Assembly (NCBI GenBank): GCA_000004985.1
Contig: GG738852.1
DNA length: 64,000 nucleotides
Direction: 5' to 3' (one strand)
Origin: Naegleria gruberi
Lineage: Eukaryota
Shown: positions 21,606 to 32,508 of the stretch, piece after piece
How positions within the stretch are numbered: position 1 is the stretch's first letter
How the letters are laid out: the number at the start of each line of letters is the position of its first letter
The notes under the pieces: generated by a model
What the model was told of the DNA's origin: nothing
What the model saw: only the letters and a program-made list of their open reading frames with translations
The model's database searches: none
Position numbers and translations under genes: made by a program

Positions 21606-22727
21606 TCACGAGTTTACTTCAACACGACAAATTGGACAACAAGTAGAGTGATTATTCAACCAATTATCAATGCAATTCTTATGGAAAATATGGGCACACT
21701 TTGTAATCCATCTCACTTCATCTCCCTCTTCAAAGTCACACATACAAGTAATACACATGTCACCCTCAGTAATTTGTGGCATATCTGATTGACATACTTC
21801 TCCAAAATGATTTAATGTACAACATGGCAATGAATCCAAAATATTTTCTGAAACTGTCTTTTTCTTAACAGTATTATCTAATTGTAAAAGAAGATCATAA
21901 TCTTCAGCAGTTAATTCTCTTTGAGTAAGGGCAAGCAATAAATTATATTCGATACCACATTCTCTAGCATAGTCATTGACATGATGATCAGTGAGTGAGT
22001 GAGAAATGGCTTGTTGTAATTGAGCTTCTTCATCCGAATTGCTTCCGTGTTGATGATGTCTGTTATTATTGTTATTCGAATAATTATTATCTGCATATCT
22101 AATAGGTGGTGGAGTGTAAATCTTTGAGGAAACTTTCTCTCTCTTTTCAATTACTTCTTCTTGTTGCTTTTTCAATTCTCTGTGATGAATTCTTCTCTTT
22201 GGATTAATTCTCATTCTCTTAAACTTTTGCTTGACTTTCTTCATATTGGCCAAGTGTTTAAACTTCATTCCTCCCAAACAATGATTGTATTCATATTCTT
22301 CAAAGTATTCTTCATATAAATTATTGTTGTATTCTTCTTCTTCTGCTTCTTCAAAGCCTTCTTCATCTTCATCAATCAATTCTTCCAATTGATTATTGAA
22401 AATATCTTCATATTCAGCATTGAATGGATATTCAAACTTGATAACTTGATATTCAAAATCTTCAGAAGCATTGAACAATTCTTCTTCTAAATCCATAACA
22501 TCACCCCATTCACTTGTATTGGTACTATTGCTATTATTACTCAATGATGAGTAGGTGCTACAATTTGTTTGATCATTAAAATCTTCAAAGAGAATTTCCT
22601 CACTTGATTTGCTCATCTTCAAGGTAACCAATTCTGCTACTTCTATGATATTTTGGTCGTCCTTGTTGCTAAATCCATTGATCATGATTGTTTTGTTGGT
22701 TTTTTTCTTGTTTGAAATTGAATTCAT
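21606..22727 (-). CDS. RING-H2 E3 ubiquitin ligase with UIM-like motif and acidic/Asn-rich regions
   Basis: C-terminal C3H2C3 RING-H2 (CITCMCDFEEGDEVRWITKCAHIFHKNCIDNWLNNHSTCCPICR). A UIM-like motif (DEEAQLQQAISHSLTD) lies upstream of it. Confidence 0.6.
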   Translation of the reverse strand: MNSISNKKKTNKTIMINGFSNKDDQNIIEVAELVTLKMSKSSEEILFEDFNDQTNCSTYSSLSNNSNSTNTSEWGDVMDLEEELFNASEDFEYQVIKFEYPFNAEYEDIFNNQLEELIDEDEEGFEEAEEEEYNNNLYEEYFEEYEYNHCLGGMKFKHLANMKKVKQKFKRMRINPKRRIHHRELKKQQEEVIEKREKVSSKIYTPPPIRYADNNYSNNNNNRHHQHGSNSDEEAQLQQAISHSLTDHHVNDYARECGIEYNLLLALTQRELTAEDYDLLLQLDNTVKKKTVSENILDSLPCCTLNHFGEVCQSDMPQITEGDMCITCMCDFEEGDEVRWITKCAHIFHKNCIDNWLNNHSTCCPICRVEVNS

Positions 22728-22906
22728 TTCCTGTTATTTACGAACAGTTAAAAATAGATTTCAAGGTTCAACTTCCAGGTTGCCATCTCAATTGTCATGG
22801 TTGTAAATGTTCACAAAAGATTTGACAAGATTTTCATTCCTTCTGAAGAAATTTGATAAAGTTTAGGAGATTTTATTAATAATCTTTTCACTGTTTGTTA
22901 TTAATT

Positions 22907-23817
22907 TTATACATTTACAACAGTTGTTCCTGTAGCACCAGTTGTAACAACAGTGATACCACCACTTGGTCCTCCCTTATTTCCTCTCTTTGTTGTATAG
23001 ATTACCAAAGCTGCAATTGCAATGCATGATAAACAACAACAAGCAATAATACCAATAATGACACCAATGGCAATTCCTGTTGCATCTGGTGGAGTTGCTT
23101 CCTTAACATTTCTTGAAGGAGTATCTGAACTAGTGGTTGATTCCAAATAGCCATCCAAATAGCATTTGGAAGTTTCAGAGGTTAATGTGATTGTGAATAA
23201 TTCATCAATATTTGAAGGAGCTACCAAGGAAACTGGTTTGTCTTGGCCCAAAAGACTTAACAATCCCACTTCGAAAGTAAAGAAGTTTCCCTCAGATGTC
23301 TTGATCTTTAGTTTGCCACCTGCAGCAACATGAACAGTTCCAGTATATTTCATTCCCTTTGGAACAAGCATTTTATAGGAACCAGAGCTAGGAATGTCGT
23401 TAGTTCTAGATGTTGCAACTAGATTGTTGATGGAGGAAGGTAAATCAGTTGAAGATTTGTCCTTAAATTCCATAGTAATAACAGTGGAGCAAATATCTAA
23501 TAGGTCTTTTCTCTGAAGTGTGAAAATGTCTCCATCTTTGTCAGGAATTAATTCTAATTCGAGTAATTTATCTGTAACTTGAATGGTCTTGAAGGTTTCT
23601 CCATTTCTAAGAACCAAAATGTTGCAAATAAAAGGGGTTGAACTATGGTCAAGTTAGCCTTCATATTACTTTGAAAAGGAACTGATGAAATAGATTTATA
23701 ATCCCCTCCAAACGTAAAGTACCTTTTGCCAGCTCCAAAATTAACATCACACACAATAAATTCGCTAATCATTAAGGTTGCTGTTAAGGCAAGCAAAAAT
23801 AGTAAGGAAGCTTTCAT
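22907..23817 (-). CDS. Type I membrane protein (signal peptide, Ser/Thr-rich ectodomain, single TM, short tail); probably 2 exons
   Basis: Exon 1 encodes the signal peptide MKASLLFLLALTATLMISEF... A likely GT intron (~80 nt, donor after ...GAGK, acceptor ...catag near 23641) joins it to the frame of ORF 22907..23617. That exon carries the ectodomain, a TM helix (IAIGVIIGIIACCCLSCIAIAALVIY) and a Gly-rich tail. The exact junction is not certain. Confidence 0.45.
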
Positions 23818-23903
23818 GTTGAAGTTGTTGAAGTATTTGTTTTGTTTTCAATATATTCAAAATTATTTTGTTCTCTGGCTTTTTAAACCTTTTGCATCCT
23901 TTG

Positions 23904-23915
23904 TGCCTGCAGGCA
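23904..23915. promoter_or_regulatory. Perfect 12-bp palindrome TGCCTGCAGGCA in a divergent promoter region
   Basis: A GC-rich perfect palindrome in the AT-rich intergenic between the membrane-protein gene (start 23817, minus) and the DUF4116 gene (start 24404, plus). Candidate dimeric transcription-factor site. Confidence 0.15.
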
Positions 23916-24403
23916 GTTTGTCAACGAACGCATTTATGCACTTTTAAAGACAGAGTTTACAACTGTAAATCGAGTGCCCTCCATTACAACGTAAAGTGTT
24001 TGTCGTAAATAGTATTGTTCCTGTAATGAGGTGAGTGTTACGATTACTGAGGAAGAGAATTAAATACGAATTGTGCATATGTGCCTGTTGTGTAAAACCA
24101 AGCATAAGTTGACACTTCATGCATTGTTGTACGATATTTTGATCATTCAATATACACATCTCAAAGCAATTACTTACCATTCACATCGACAATATTAAAT
24201 TGGTGTCAGATCCGGCTACAGGTTATTGATGGCAATCTTAATGAGAACCTATTCTCAAGAAATTTCAATGTCCTCCTATTTTTAATTAACTTGTTTGCAT
24301 TCTTATTGAATTAAAACAATTTTTGTCAATTTCCTTGAAATGATAATATTAATACATTTGAAGGGAAGTTGTAAATTATGTATTGTGTGAACATCCAATA
24401 ACA

Positions 24404-26242
24404 ATGTCCAAAAAAAACCCAAAAAAAATGTCAAGCATTGCCACAACTGTGCATCTTGTGGATTTCCATCCAACACTCACATGCAATCACCTTCATCTCT
24501 TCCGACAATTCATGATGCAAACTCAATCACGCAAAAGTACTTTCCTCCGACTTCGAACAGATGCATTATTACTGGGTGGTTATCATTTACGCACTCTCCG
24601 TATATTGTTGAGTCAAGTAGAAGATGAGTTTCGAAAAGAGTTATTGGATGATGAACAAGTCATGTCAAAATATGTTGATTTTGATGGTAGATTGTATTTT
24701 TGGGCAAGTGATAGATTGAAAGATGATTTTAATTTCATTAAGAGAGCTGTTCAACAGAATGGAATGTTAATATTAAGCATTAATGAAGGACATTTATCAA
24801 GAGATTTGATGATGACAGCAGTTCAAGAGGATGGTTTGGCAATTAAAGCTGGTTTTGATTCAGATTTGGAAATTTGTAGACAAGCTGTCAAAAGCAATGG
24901 ACTGGCATTTGATTATATAAGCGGAGACATGGTAAATAATGAGATTGCTAACTTGGCTTTTGATGATAATCCATTTGATGACCGTTGTTCTTACCTAATT
25001 ACAGATGAACATGTTCGAAATAAGGTGGCTCTCCATTGTGGAATTTTGACAAATGACGTTGGGTCAAATTTTAGAAAGGAAATAATTGAAGAGGTTTTAA
25101 AAATTAGTCCATTCTCCCAACATTATTTATACCAGTTTAATAATCTGTCTGAGGATGAAATATTTGATTTGACTAAAATAGCCATTCAATATGCTGGTGA
25201 TGTGGACGAAATAATTCGTCTCGACGATTTCACAATCGAACAATGTGAAGAATTGGTAAAATATGAAGGAAATATTCTTGGTTTAATTGAGGATGAAGAT
25301 CAAACAAGAGAAATGATTCAAAGTGCTGTGAGAAATTGTGGAACATCTCTGAATTTTGCCAATAAGGAACTTGTTGATGATGAAATTATACTGGATGCAA
25401 TCAAACAAGATCCACAAGCTATTCAATTCACTAAATATGATAGTAATTTCATATTGGATCGTGTGAGAGAGAATGGAGAGGTTCTGGCTCATATTCATGA
25501 AGAGCAACAATTTGGAGAGGACAGAGAAATAGTATTGGCTGCTGTGAGTAATTATGGAATGGCACTGGGGTATGCCTCTGGAGAATTACAAGATGATGAG
25601 GAAATTGTAATGGCAGCAGTTTCAAATTGTGGAGTGGCTTTGGAATTTGCCGATAATCGATTGAGAGGTAGACCAGATTTTGTTCTCAAGGCAGTTTCTG
25701 AGAATGGTCTTGCATTAGAATTTGCCCTTATTCAAAACGAGGAAATTGTAACAACTGCTCTCAATCAATGCGTATTTGCCTTCTCTTTTGTTGAGCCACA
25801 ATGGGTTACTAAGGAAATTGCTATTATGGCAATTAAAAGATGCCCTTATTTGTTCAAAGAGGAAAATATGCTCCACGTTCGTGATAGAGAGGTGACACTT
25901 TGTGCAGTAGCAGGTTTTGGAGGAAATTTGCAATTTGCAGCAGATGAATTCAAGTCTGATTCAGAAGTTGTAATGATTGCTGTGTCAAATTGTGGATCGA
26001 CACTGAGTGAGGCAGATGAAGATTTGCAGGATGATTACGAAATAGTCAAGGCAGCTATAATGAACAATCCATCAAGTCTGGATTTTGCATCCGATAGACT
26101 CAAATTAGATTGGTCACTCCTCAGACTTTATAAAGAATTGCAAGATGCTGACCTTTTCATTCTCAATTCATGGGAAGATGAGTTTGGCTCCACTTTGAAA
26201 CGATACAGAGAGGAGGAAGATGACTTGTTAGAAGGAAGATGA
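24404..26242 (+). CDS. DUF4116-like repeat protein (~613 aa)
   Basis: Ten or more tandem ~30-35 aa repeats of the form (D/N)xE(I/V)V(M/L)xAVxxNGxAL(E/Q)FA (e.g. EIVMAAVSNCGVALEFADNRLRGRPDFVLKAVSENGLALEFA). This is the pattern I associate with Pfam DUF4116. The first in-frame ATG is at 24404; the ORF-track start at 24383 is TTG. Confidence 0.6.
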   Translation: MSKKNPKKMSSIATTVHLVDFHPTLTCNHLHLFRQFMMQTQSRKSTFLRLRTDALLLGGYHLRTLRILLSQVEDEFRKELLDDEQVMSKYVDFDGRLYFWASDRLKDDFNFIKRAVQQNGMLILSINEGHLSRDLMMTAVQEDGLAIKAGFDSDLEICRQAVKSNGLAFDYISGDMVNNEIANLAFDDNPFDDRCSYLITDEHVRNKVALHCGILTNDVGSNFRKEIIEEVLKISPFSQHYLYQFNNLSEDEIFDLTKIAIQYAGDVDEIIRLDDFTIEQCEELVKYEGNILGLIEDEDQTREMIQSAVRNCGTSLNFANKELVDDEIILDAIKQDPQAIQFTKYDSNFILDRVRENGEVLAHIHEEQQFGEDREIVLAAVSNYGMALGYASGELQDDEEIVMAAVSNCGVALEFADNRLRGRPDFVLKAVSENGLALEFALIQNEEIVTTALNQCVFAFSFVEPQWVTKEIAIMAIKRCPYLFKEENMLHVRDREVTLCAVAGFGGNLQFAADEFKSDSEVVMIAVSNCGSTLSEADEDLQDDYEIVKAAIMNNPSSLDFASDRLKLDWSLLRLYKELQDADLFILNSWEDEFGSTLKRYREEEDDLLEGR

Positions 26243-26470
26243 TACAGAGACATTCTCACCAACAGCTAAAATTAAGAAATTAAACAGTGATGAATAAATT
26301 ACTTTACTTGTCATCTATACCTCTGAATTCGTGGTTCTTTATTCGAAACTAATCAAATATTTGCCTCACTTCTTTTGCTTTGTCAGCAGAAGGTAGGCAA
26401 CAGAAGGATTCCAACAGATTGCTTAGGACAGTGAATATCATGCTTTGAGCAAGCTCACATTGAACACTTA

Positions 26471-27814
26471 TTACTTCTTTTCTCTATTCTTTCTATCTGA
26501 ATTGTAGAATGGTGAAGAAAAGTCTGTAGTGTCTTGATCTTTGAGATTGGTATACTTAGGTTGACGAGCTCTTCCAGGATTTTTTGTTTGATAATATTTT
26601 GGCAGTAGGTCATAATTGATATGATCCTTACCGGTCGGTGCATGAGCAACTTGGGCTGCCTTCTCAGCAATTTCCTCATCATCCATAAAGAAGGCACCCT
26701 TGTGGTAGTATCTTTGTCCTGTTTTGAATTTTGGCTTTTCAGTGTTTTGAGAATTTGATTTACCCTCCTTATCTGCACTATCCTTGAAAGAGGAATTGTT
26801 TGCTCTCCTTTGTAATTCCTTATCAGATTCGTCTCTGGTTTGTTTAATGAGCGAGAGACGTTTCATTTCTCTTTCAATCCAGGCCATCATTTCGCCATTT
26901 GGATCAATATCATCAGAATCATTCACACTCAAAATATCTTCATCAATCTTGACAGCCTTCTTTCTGTTAGCTTCATTTTCCAATTCTTTATCCAAGAGCT
27001 TGACACTCTTTTCACGTTTTTGTTCTTGTCTCTTTCTTTCCAATTCTAATTGTCGATTTTCTTCTTCCTCCAATTCTTGATCAGTCTTAATAGTTGACCT
27101 CCTATTTTTAGAAATGAAAACTGGCCTAATATCTTCCTCTTCACTGCTACTACTGGAGCTATCACTACTCTCTATTTTGTGGTGATGTTGGGTAGTAATG
27201 GAGTGTTGTTGATTATTGGAAGGAATATTTTGATGAGTTGATTGTTGAATAGTTGATGATTTCACAGGTGATTGATCTTCCTTTTTCACAACCTTTAGTT
27301 TTTTTCTATCAATTTCCAAATCTTCATCATCACTACTTTCATTCATCCTTTCCTTATTCTTGGCTTCTTGAATTAGAGGAGCTGACACATCTTTTTCAGA
27401 TTTCACCACTTGGGATGAATTCATTGAATGTGTACTAGAAGCTCCTCCAAGAAGCATGGCATCCAATGAATTTAAACTAGCATCCTCTTTTTGTTTGGAA
27501 AGAAGACGAGCTCTGAGTCTTGCTCTTCTATCTTCCATATCACTATCTTCTTCATCTGATGAAGATGATTCCGATTCAAATCTTCTCTCCTCATTATTAT
27601 TCTTTGAAATGACTCTCGTTGTTGTATTAGGTTTAATAGCAGCAATAGGTTGTTGTTGTTTTGTTGTTATATTACTAATTGCTTTAGAAACTTGTTGTGG
27701 AGTAAATTGCTTTTGATTGTTTTTAGTTGATGATGCAAATACACCACCATCATCATCCGAATCGGAATTGTTGTTGGCTATTGATGGTGCTTGCCCTTTT
27801 CTAAGTCTTTTCAT
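26471..27814 (-). CDS. MFAP1: Microfibrillar-associated protein 1 (MFAP1/Spp381-like spliceosomal protein)
   Basis: The C-terminal conserved block (GQRYYHKGAFFMDDEEIAE...HINYDLLPKYYQTKNPGRARQPKYTNLKDQDTTDF) matches MFAP1 (RYYHRGAFFMDE...KNFGRSGRTKYTHLVDQDTTSF). The N-terminal half is Ser/Glu/Arg-rich and charged. Confidence 0.7.
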   Translation of the reverse strand: MKRLRKGQAPSIANNNSDSDDDGGVFASSTKNNQKQFTPQQVSKAISNITTKQQQPIAAIKPNTTTRVISKNNNEERRFESESSSSDEEDSDMEDRRARLRARLLSKQKEDASLNSLDAMLLGGASSTHSMNSSQVVKSEKDVSAPLIQEAKNKERMNESSDDEDLEIDRKKLKVVKKEDQSPVKSSTIQQSTHQNIPSNNQQHSITTQHHHKIESSDSSSSSSEEEDIRPVFISKNRRSTIKTDQELEEEENRQLELERKRQEQKREKSVKLLDKELENEANRKKAVKIDEDILSVNDSDDIDPNGEMMAWIEREMKRLSLIKQTRDESDKELQRRANNSSFKDSADKEGKSNSQNTEKPKFKTGQRYYHKGAFFMDDEEIAEKAAQVAHAPTGKDHINYDLLPKYYQTKNPGRARQPKYTNLKDQDTTDFSSPFYNSDRKNREKK

Positions 27815-27954
27815 TTTTTTAATATATTATTTCTCCACCTTCATTAAATAATATTGATATTACTAAGTAAATTGGTAATAACTATTGTTTTTATTATTTT
27901 CTAAATGTTTGAATTAAATATTCACTAAATTAATTATGAAAAATTAACAAGATA

Positions 27955-29184
27955 TTAATTTTGTTTTCCTTGCTGATAGAAATATTGAATGGTTTGAATG
28001 GCAGATTCCTTAAAGTTGTACTTTGGAGTCCAACCATTGTTGGTCAATCTTCTAACTGATGCCATTGATGCACTGACATCTCCAGCTCTCTTTGGTTTGT
28101 AAATTCTCTTCTTTGCTGGTTTACCTGAAAGTTTAGAACATTCTGATTCAACTAAATCAGCCAATTGATTAATTGTAATGTATGATCCATATCCAACATT
28201 GAAAACTCCAAATTCTCCAATATAGAATGATGCATAAACATTGGCCCAAACAACGTCCTTAACATAGACAAAGTCACGAGTTTGTCTTCCATCTCCAAAA
28301 ACTTCAATAGCTTCATTTTGCTTACAAGCTCTATCAATGAAACGTGGAATAGCAGCTGCATACTGACTGTTTGGATCTTGTCTTTCACCAAAAACATTGA
28401 AATAACGAAGAGCAATGGCAACCATTGGTTCTCCATCTTTGGAATTTTCCAAAGCTTGTTGACTGTGGAATTTACACAAAAATTCACCATCATACTTGCT
28501 TTGAGCATATGGAGATTCACAACTTGGATTCATATTTTCCATCTTTGGAACAGTTGGATCAAAACCATAAATAGCTGCAGAACTACTAAGAACGACCTTT
28601 TTAACATGTCCTGTTGCTCTAGCTTCATCCAATACAATATCAGTTCCAATAGTGTTAATATCAAAATAAATCTTTGGATTGGACATTGATTCCGGTACAG
28701 AAATAAGGGCAGCCAAATGATAAATAAATCTAATTTGGTAAGCTTGGAGAGTTTCTCTTAATTTTTGTCTATCCATAATAGAAGCCTTTACAAAAACGAT
28801 CTTTTTTGTTGAATCAATTGAATATAACATTTCTAAATTTGAATTTGTTTCAACATTTGGATTTCCTGTTGATTGTGCTGTTGAATGTAAATTATCATAA
28901 ATTACAATTCTTTGACATAATGGTTCATTCTTAATAAAATGTTCAGCAATATGTGAACCAATAAATCCAGCTCCACCTGTAATCATTACAGCATAGGCTT
29001 GTGATGGTTCTTTACTCTTCTTTAATTTTCTAAAAAAGTGTGTATTGGCAATACTATTATTTCCTCCCGAAGAATGTTGATCGAATAATAAACGAATGAC
29101 TATGACGATGGCAATGGCAGACACAAGCAGGAGAACCCACTTTCTCGGCTGTTGAAAAACATTTCCAACCATTGATTGTATCAT
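27955..29184 (-). CDS. NAD-dependent nucleotide-sugar epimerase/dehydratase (UDP-sugar 4-epimerase-like) with N-terminal membrane anchor
   Basis: Rossmann motif ITGGAGFIGSH, catalytic YAQSK (YxxxK) and the RYFNVFGERQDP...AAIPRF block typical of WbpP/GalE-like extended SDRs. It is preceded by a hydrophobic segment (KWVLLLVSAIAIVIVIRLLF), suggesting a type II Golgi/ER topology. The first ATG is at revcomp 29182-29184; the ORF-track start at 29277 is TTG. Confidence 0.7.
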   Translation of the reverse strand: MIQSMVGNVFQQPRKWVLLLVSAIAIVIVIRLLFDQHSSGGNNSIANTHFFRKLKKSKEPSQAYAVMITGGAGFIGSHIAEHFIKNEPLCQRIVIYDNLHSTAQSTGNPNVETNSNLEMLYSIDSTKKIVFVKASIMDRQKLRETLQAYQIRFIYHLAALISVPESMSNPKIYFDINTIGTDIVLDEARATGHVKKVVLSSSAAIYGFDPTVPKMENMNPSCESPYAQSKYDGEFLCKFHSQQALENSKDGEPMVAIALRYFNVFGERQDPNSQYAAAIPRFIDRACKQNEAIEVFGDGRQTRDFVYVKDVVWANVYASFYIGEFGVFNVGYGSYITINQLADLVESECSKLSGKPAKKRIYKPKRAGDVSASMASVRRLTNNGWTPKYNFKESAIQTIQYFYQQGKQN

Positions 29185-29497
29185 TTTTAGAGTTTGAGAA
29201 GTTATTGTTTGTGATGTTGTTTTTTTCTCTCTGAAGAGTTGTGTTGATTCATTACTGTGTGTTGTGTCATCCAACAACTATTTTCTTTCCGTTAGGAGAA
29301 GAAGATGACGATTAGTTATTGTATCATTATTTTACTAGATCCCATTCAACATTAGTTTTAGAAAATTGATAAAACAATCATCATGTATTAATAAATCAAA
29401 AACATGTAGTATATACAAGCAATTTACTGGAAAACTTTGATTGAACAAAAATAGCTTTTGCAATTCCATCAGCATCATCAACAATAAGATTAAAAAA

Positions 29498-30940
29498 ATG
29501 TTAAAGCGTTCCGTACAAAGTGTTAATAGATTGAGAAAGACATCACAATTGAACAAGCTTCAAAATCAATTGTTGTGTTCATTGATTGTTAGATCCTATC
29601 AATTTAATTCAAATCCTACAAAGAGTGAATTTACTGTGGGAGGAAATATTTCTACTCATGGAACCATTCCTGGTCTTCAAATTTCTGGTAGTGAAAGTTA
29701 TTCCGAAAGATTGAGAACAACTCTTTTGAGTGTAAGTGTACTCTGATTGATCAAATTTTAATCAATATTTAAATATTATTTAATTAATATTAATATGGAA
29801 TTAATTTGTATCTTTTTATATACAAAATCCTACTAATTCATCAATTCATTAACATCAAATAACACTTTATATATTATGGAATTAAATTTTATAATTTGCA
29901 TGAATGAATTTAATGATCAAATCATCATCATCAATAATTATACAAAATAGCCAATTATTATTGTACCACACGGTGAACAATGGGTTGTTGAACGTTTTGG
30001 ACGTTTCTGTAAAACATTGGACAGTGGTATTCACTTTTTACTCCCATTCTTAGATACTGTCTCCTATAAACACACAACAAAGGAAATTATATTGGAAGTT
30101 AACAAACAAACAGCCATTACAAAGGATAACGTTCAACTCTCTTTGGATGGTGTCTTGTATACAAGAATTACTGATGCCTATAAGGCCAGTTATGAAATTG
30201 AAAAGCCATTCGTTGCCATTATGAATTTGGCTCAAACTACAATGAGAAGTGAAATTGGTAAAATTACACTTGATAATACTTTTGCTGAGAGACAACATTT
30301 GAATGAAAAGATTGTTCAAGGTATTGAAAAGATTGCTTCTGGATGGGGTATTAGTATTCAAAGATATGAAATCAGAGATATTCAAGTACCAACTCAAATT
30401 AAACAAGCGATGGATCTTGAAGCTGAAGCTGAACGTAAGAAGAGAAAGACTGTTCTTGATTCATTGGCTGAAAAGGAAGCTCAAGAAAACGTTGCTAAGG
30501 GTAGAAAGACTGCTGTAGAATTGATTTCTGAAGCTAACATGATTGAAGAACAAAATATTGCTAGAGGTAGAGCTTTTGCTATCAAGGCTAATGCTGAAGC
30601 TTATGCTGAAGCTATTGAAAGATTGGCAGCTGCTATCAGTAATGAGAATGGTGAAAAGGCTGTTGCTTTAAAGATTGCTGAACAATATATTGAACAATTT
30701 GGTCATTTAGCAAAGGCTGGTAACACTGTCATTATTCCAAACAATGTCAATGATATTTCTGGACAAGTTACACAAGCTGTCACCATTTTTGATCAAATTT
30801 TCAACAAGACAAAGAACCAAACTCCAGCTCTTTCAAAGGAACAAGCCTTATTGAGGTTAAAGGAAATCAGTGGTGTTGAAGAACCAACTCATGTCAATGT
30901 CACTGAAGCTCCAATTAAGCCATCATCAAAACTTAATTAA
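29498..30940 (+). CDS. STOML2: Stomatin-like protein 2 (band 7/SPFH family, mitochondrial), 2 exons
   Basis: Exon 1 is 29498..29731 (MLKRSVQSVNRLRK... presequence-like, ends with donor gtaagt at 29732). Exon 2 is 29951..30940 (acceptor AG at 29949-50). The spliced product PIIIVPHGEQWVVERFGRFCKTLDSGIHFLLPFLD...SPFH domain...QAMDLEAEAERKKR is the SLP-2 signature. Confidence 0.8.
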
Positions 30941-31044
30941 TTGTTGTAAATTAAAGTTAGATTTATTTATTGAGCTATTTGGGAAGTTATTGTCCTAGTT
31001 AAATTTAAATTTTGCAAGTTAGTGGAGGAGTGAATATAGTACAA

Positions 31045-32223
31045 TTATTTTTGATTTGAAGAAATTAGTAATTTTACCCTTGTTAAATTTGCTCTCACAA
31101 TATAGGTCAGCACATCGTGATCAAATCTCACAAATCCTCCCACAAAATCATCCCAATATTTCACACTAAAGTCTCTTGTTGGTAGATCTGTAATTTTCAA
31201 TCTAATTTTTGCAATTAATAGAGAAGGATCACAATTCATCAAATGAACACTATGATAAATCATCACAGTTTCATCTCTGAATGTGACAAAGAAGGCAATA
31301 GGTGGTGAATGCTGTATCTCATCTTGGATTCCTTGTCTTTCTGATAATGTACTTGTATCATTTAAATGTTGATTTCCCTCAATCCTTGATATTTTCATCA
31401 ATTCATCCTCTTCCATTTTCATTACTTGTCTTCCCATACTTGTTGCTTGACTTGAATTCATCATTAATAATGAATCATTCACTTGTTTTGGTTGTTCCTC
31501 TATTTGTGATGATAATATCGATGATGAGGATGGTGTTATTGGCTCATTATGATCGGAATTATTCACATCCAATACTATAATATTTGATACACATTCCACT
31601 CCTCCAACTGCTTGTGATAAGGATGCATCTATTGAATGCTTAATTTCATTTCCAATTTTAATTAATTCAGAACTAGCTAATTGAGAATTATTCAATGAAT
31701 TTGAATTATTACTTTTTTCCTCCGTAGAACTTCTATCAGAGAGTGAACTAGATACATGATGATCATCCATATTAATAATTGGTGGTGATATTACACTTGT
31801 CGATTCCGAAGGTATTATTGAAGAAGTAGTAGTAGTAGTAGCAGTACTATTAGATGAAGATGACGATGAAATTAAATTATTCTCATCATTAGTATTATTA
31901 TTAATAATAGGTTGAGGTGATGAGGGAGGATTCAGTTTCTTCTTCTTTAACAATCTCACCGATGAATGAGCAAATGAAGTGGCAATACTAGCACTTGTAA
32001 TCTTTTGAATACCTTTTTGCTTTTTCGATTCAATTGTTTGTTGATGATTATTAACAATTTGTTTTGTGTTGTTTTGATTCTTATTAAGAGTTTCAGCAGC
32101 AGAATCATCGGAATCATCATCGGAGGAGAGAGTGGTAATTTCTGGAGAGGAATTGGGAAAGTAATCTTCAATGGGTTTGCTGGGTGTGTCTCTCTTGGCT
32201 AATTTTCGATTTTTGGTGTACAT
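31045..32223 (-). CDS. Hypothetical Ser/Asn-rich protein (392 aa)
   Basis: Intact ORF with ATG start. Extremely Ser/Asn/Thr-rich N-terminal two-thirds with a structured-looking C-terminal ~90 aa. No family recognised. Confidence 0.4.
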   Translation of the reverse strand: MYTKNRKLAKRDTPSKPIEDYFPNSSPEITTLSSDDDSDDSAAETLNKNQNNTKQIVNNHQQTIESKKQKGIQKITSASIATSFAHSSVRLLKKKKLNPPSSPQPIINNNTNDENNLISSSSSSNSTATTTTTSSIIPSESTSVISPPIINMDDHHVSSSLSDRSSTEEKSNNSNSLNNSQLASSELIKIGNEIKHSIDASLSQAVGGVECVSNIIVLDVNNSDHNEPITPSSSSILSSQIEEQPKQVNDSLLMMNSSQATSMGRQVMKMEEDELMKISRIEGNQHLNDTSTLSERQGIQDEIQHSPPIAFFVTFRDETVMIYHSVHLMNCDPSLLIAKIRLKITDLPTRDFSVKYWDDFVGGFVRFDHDVLTYIVRANLTRVKLLISSNQK

Positions 32224-32508
32224 TTTTTTTTATTGTAATTTTTTAAATATTATTTAATAGTATTATTTAATTTAATAGTTAATGATTGTTTTGATATTTT
32301 TGTAGCTTAATGAAGATTTATATGGAATTTTCAAAAATTTTAAAGTGGAATTATCTTATTCTTTTTGGCCGAATATTTCCGAAAGTAGAATAATCTCATA
32401 TTCAAATTGTGATTAATTCGTTTTCTAAACTGATAGATTTAACAATATATAATCTTTCAAATTCAATGAGTCATTCCAGAATATTACATCCATATTATTA
32501 ATAATCAA

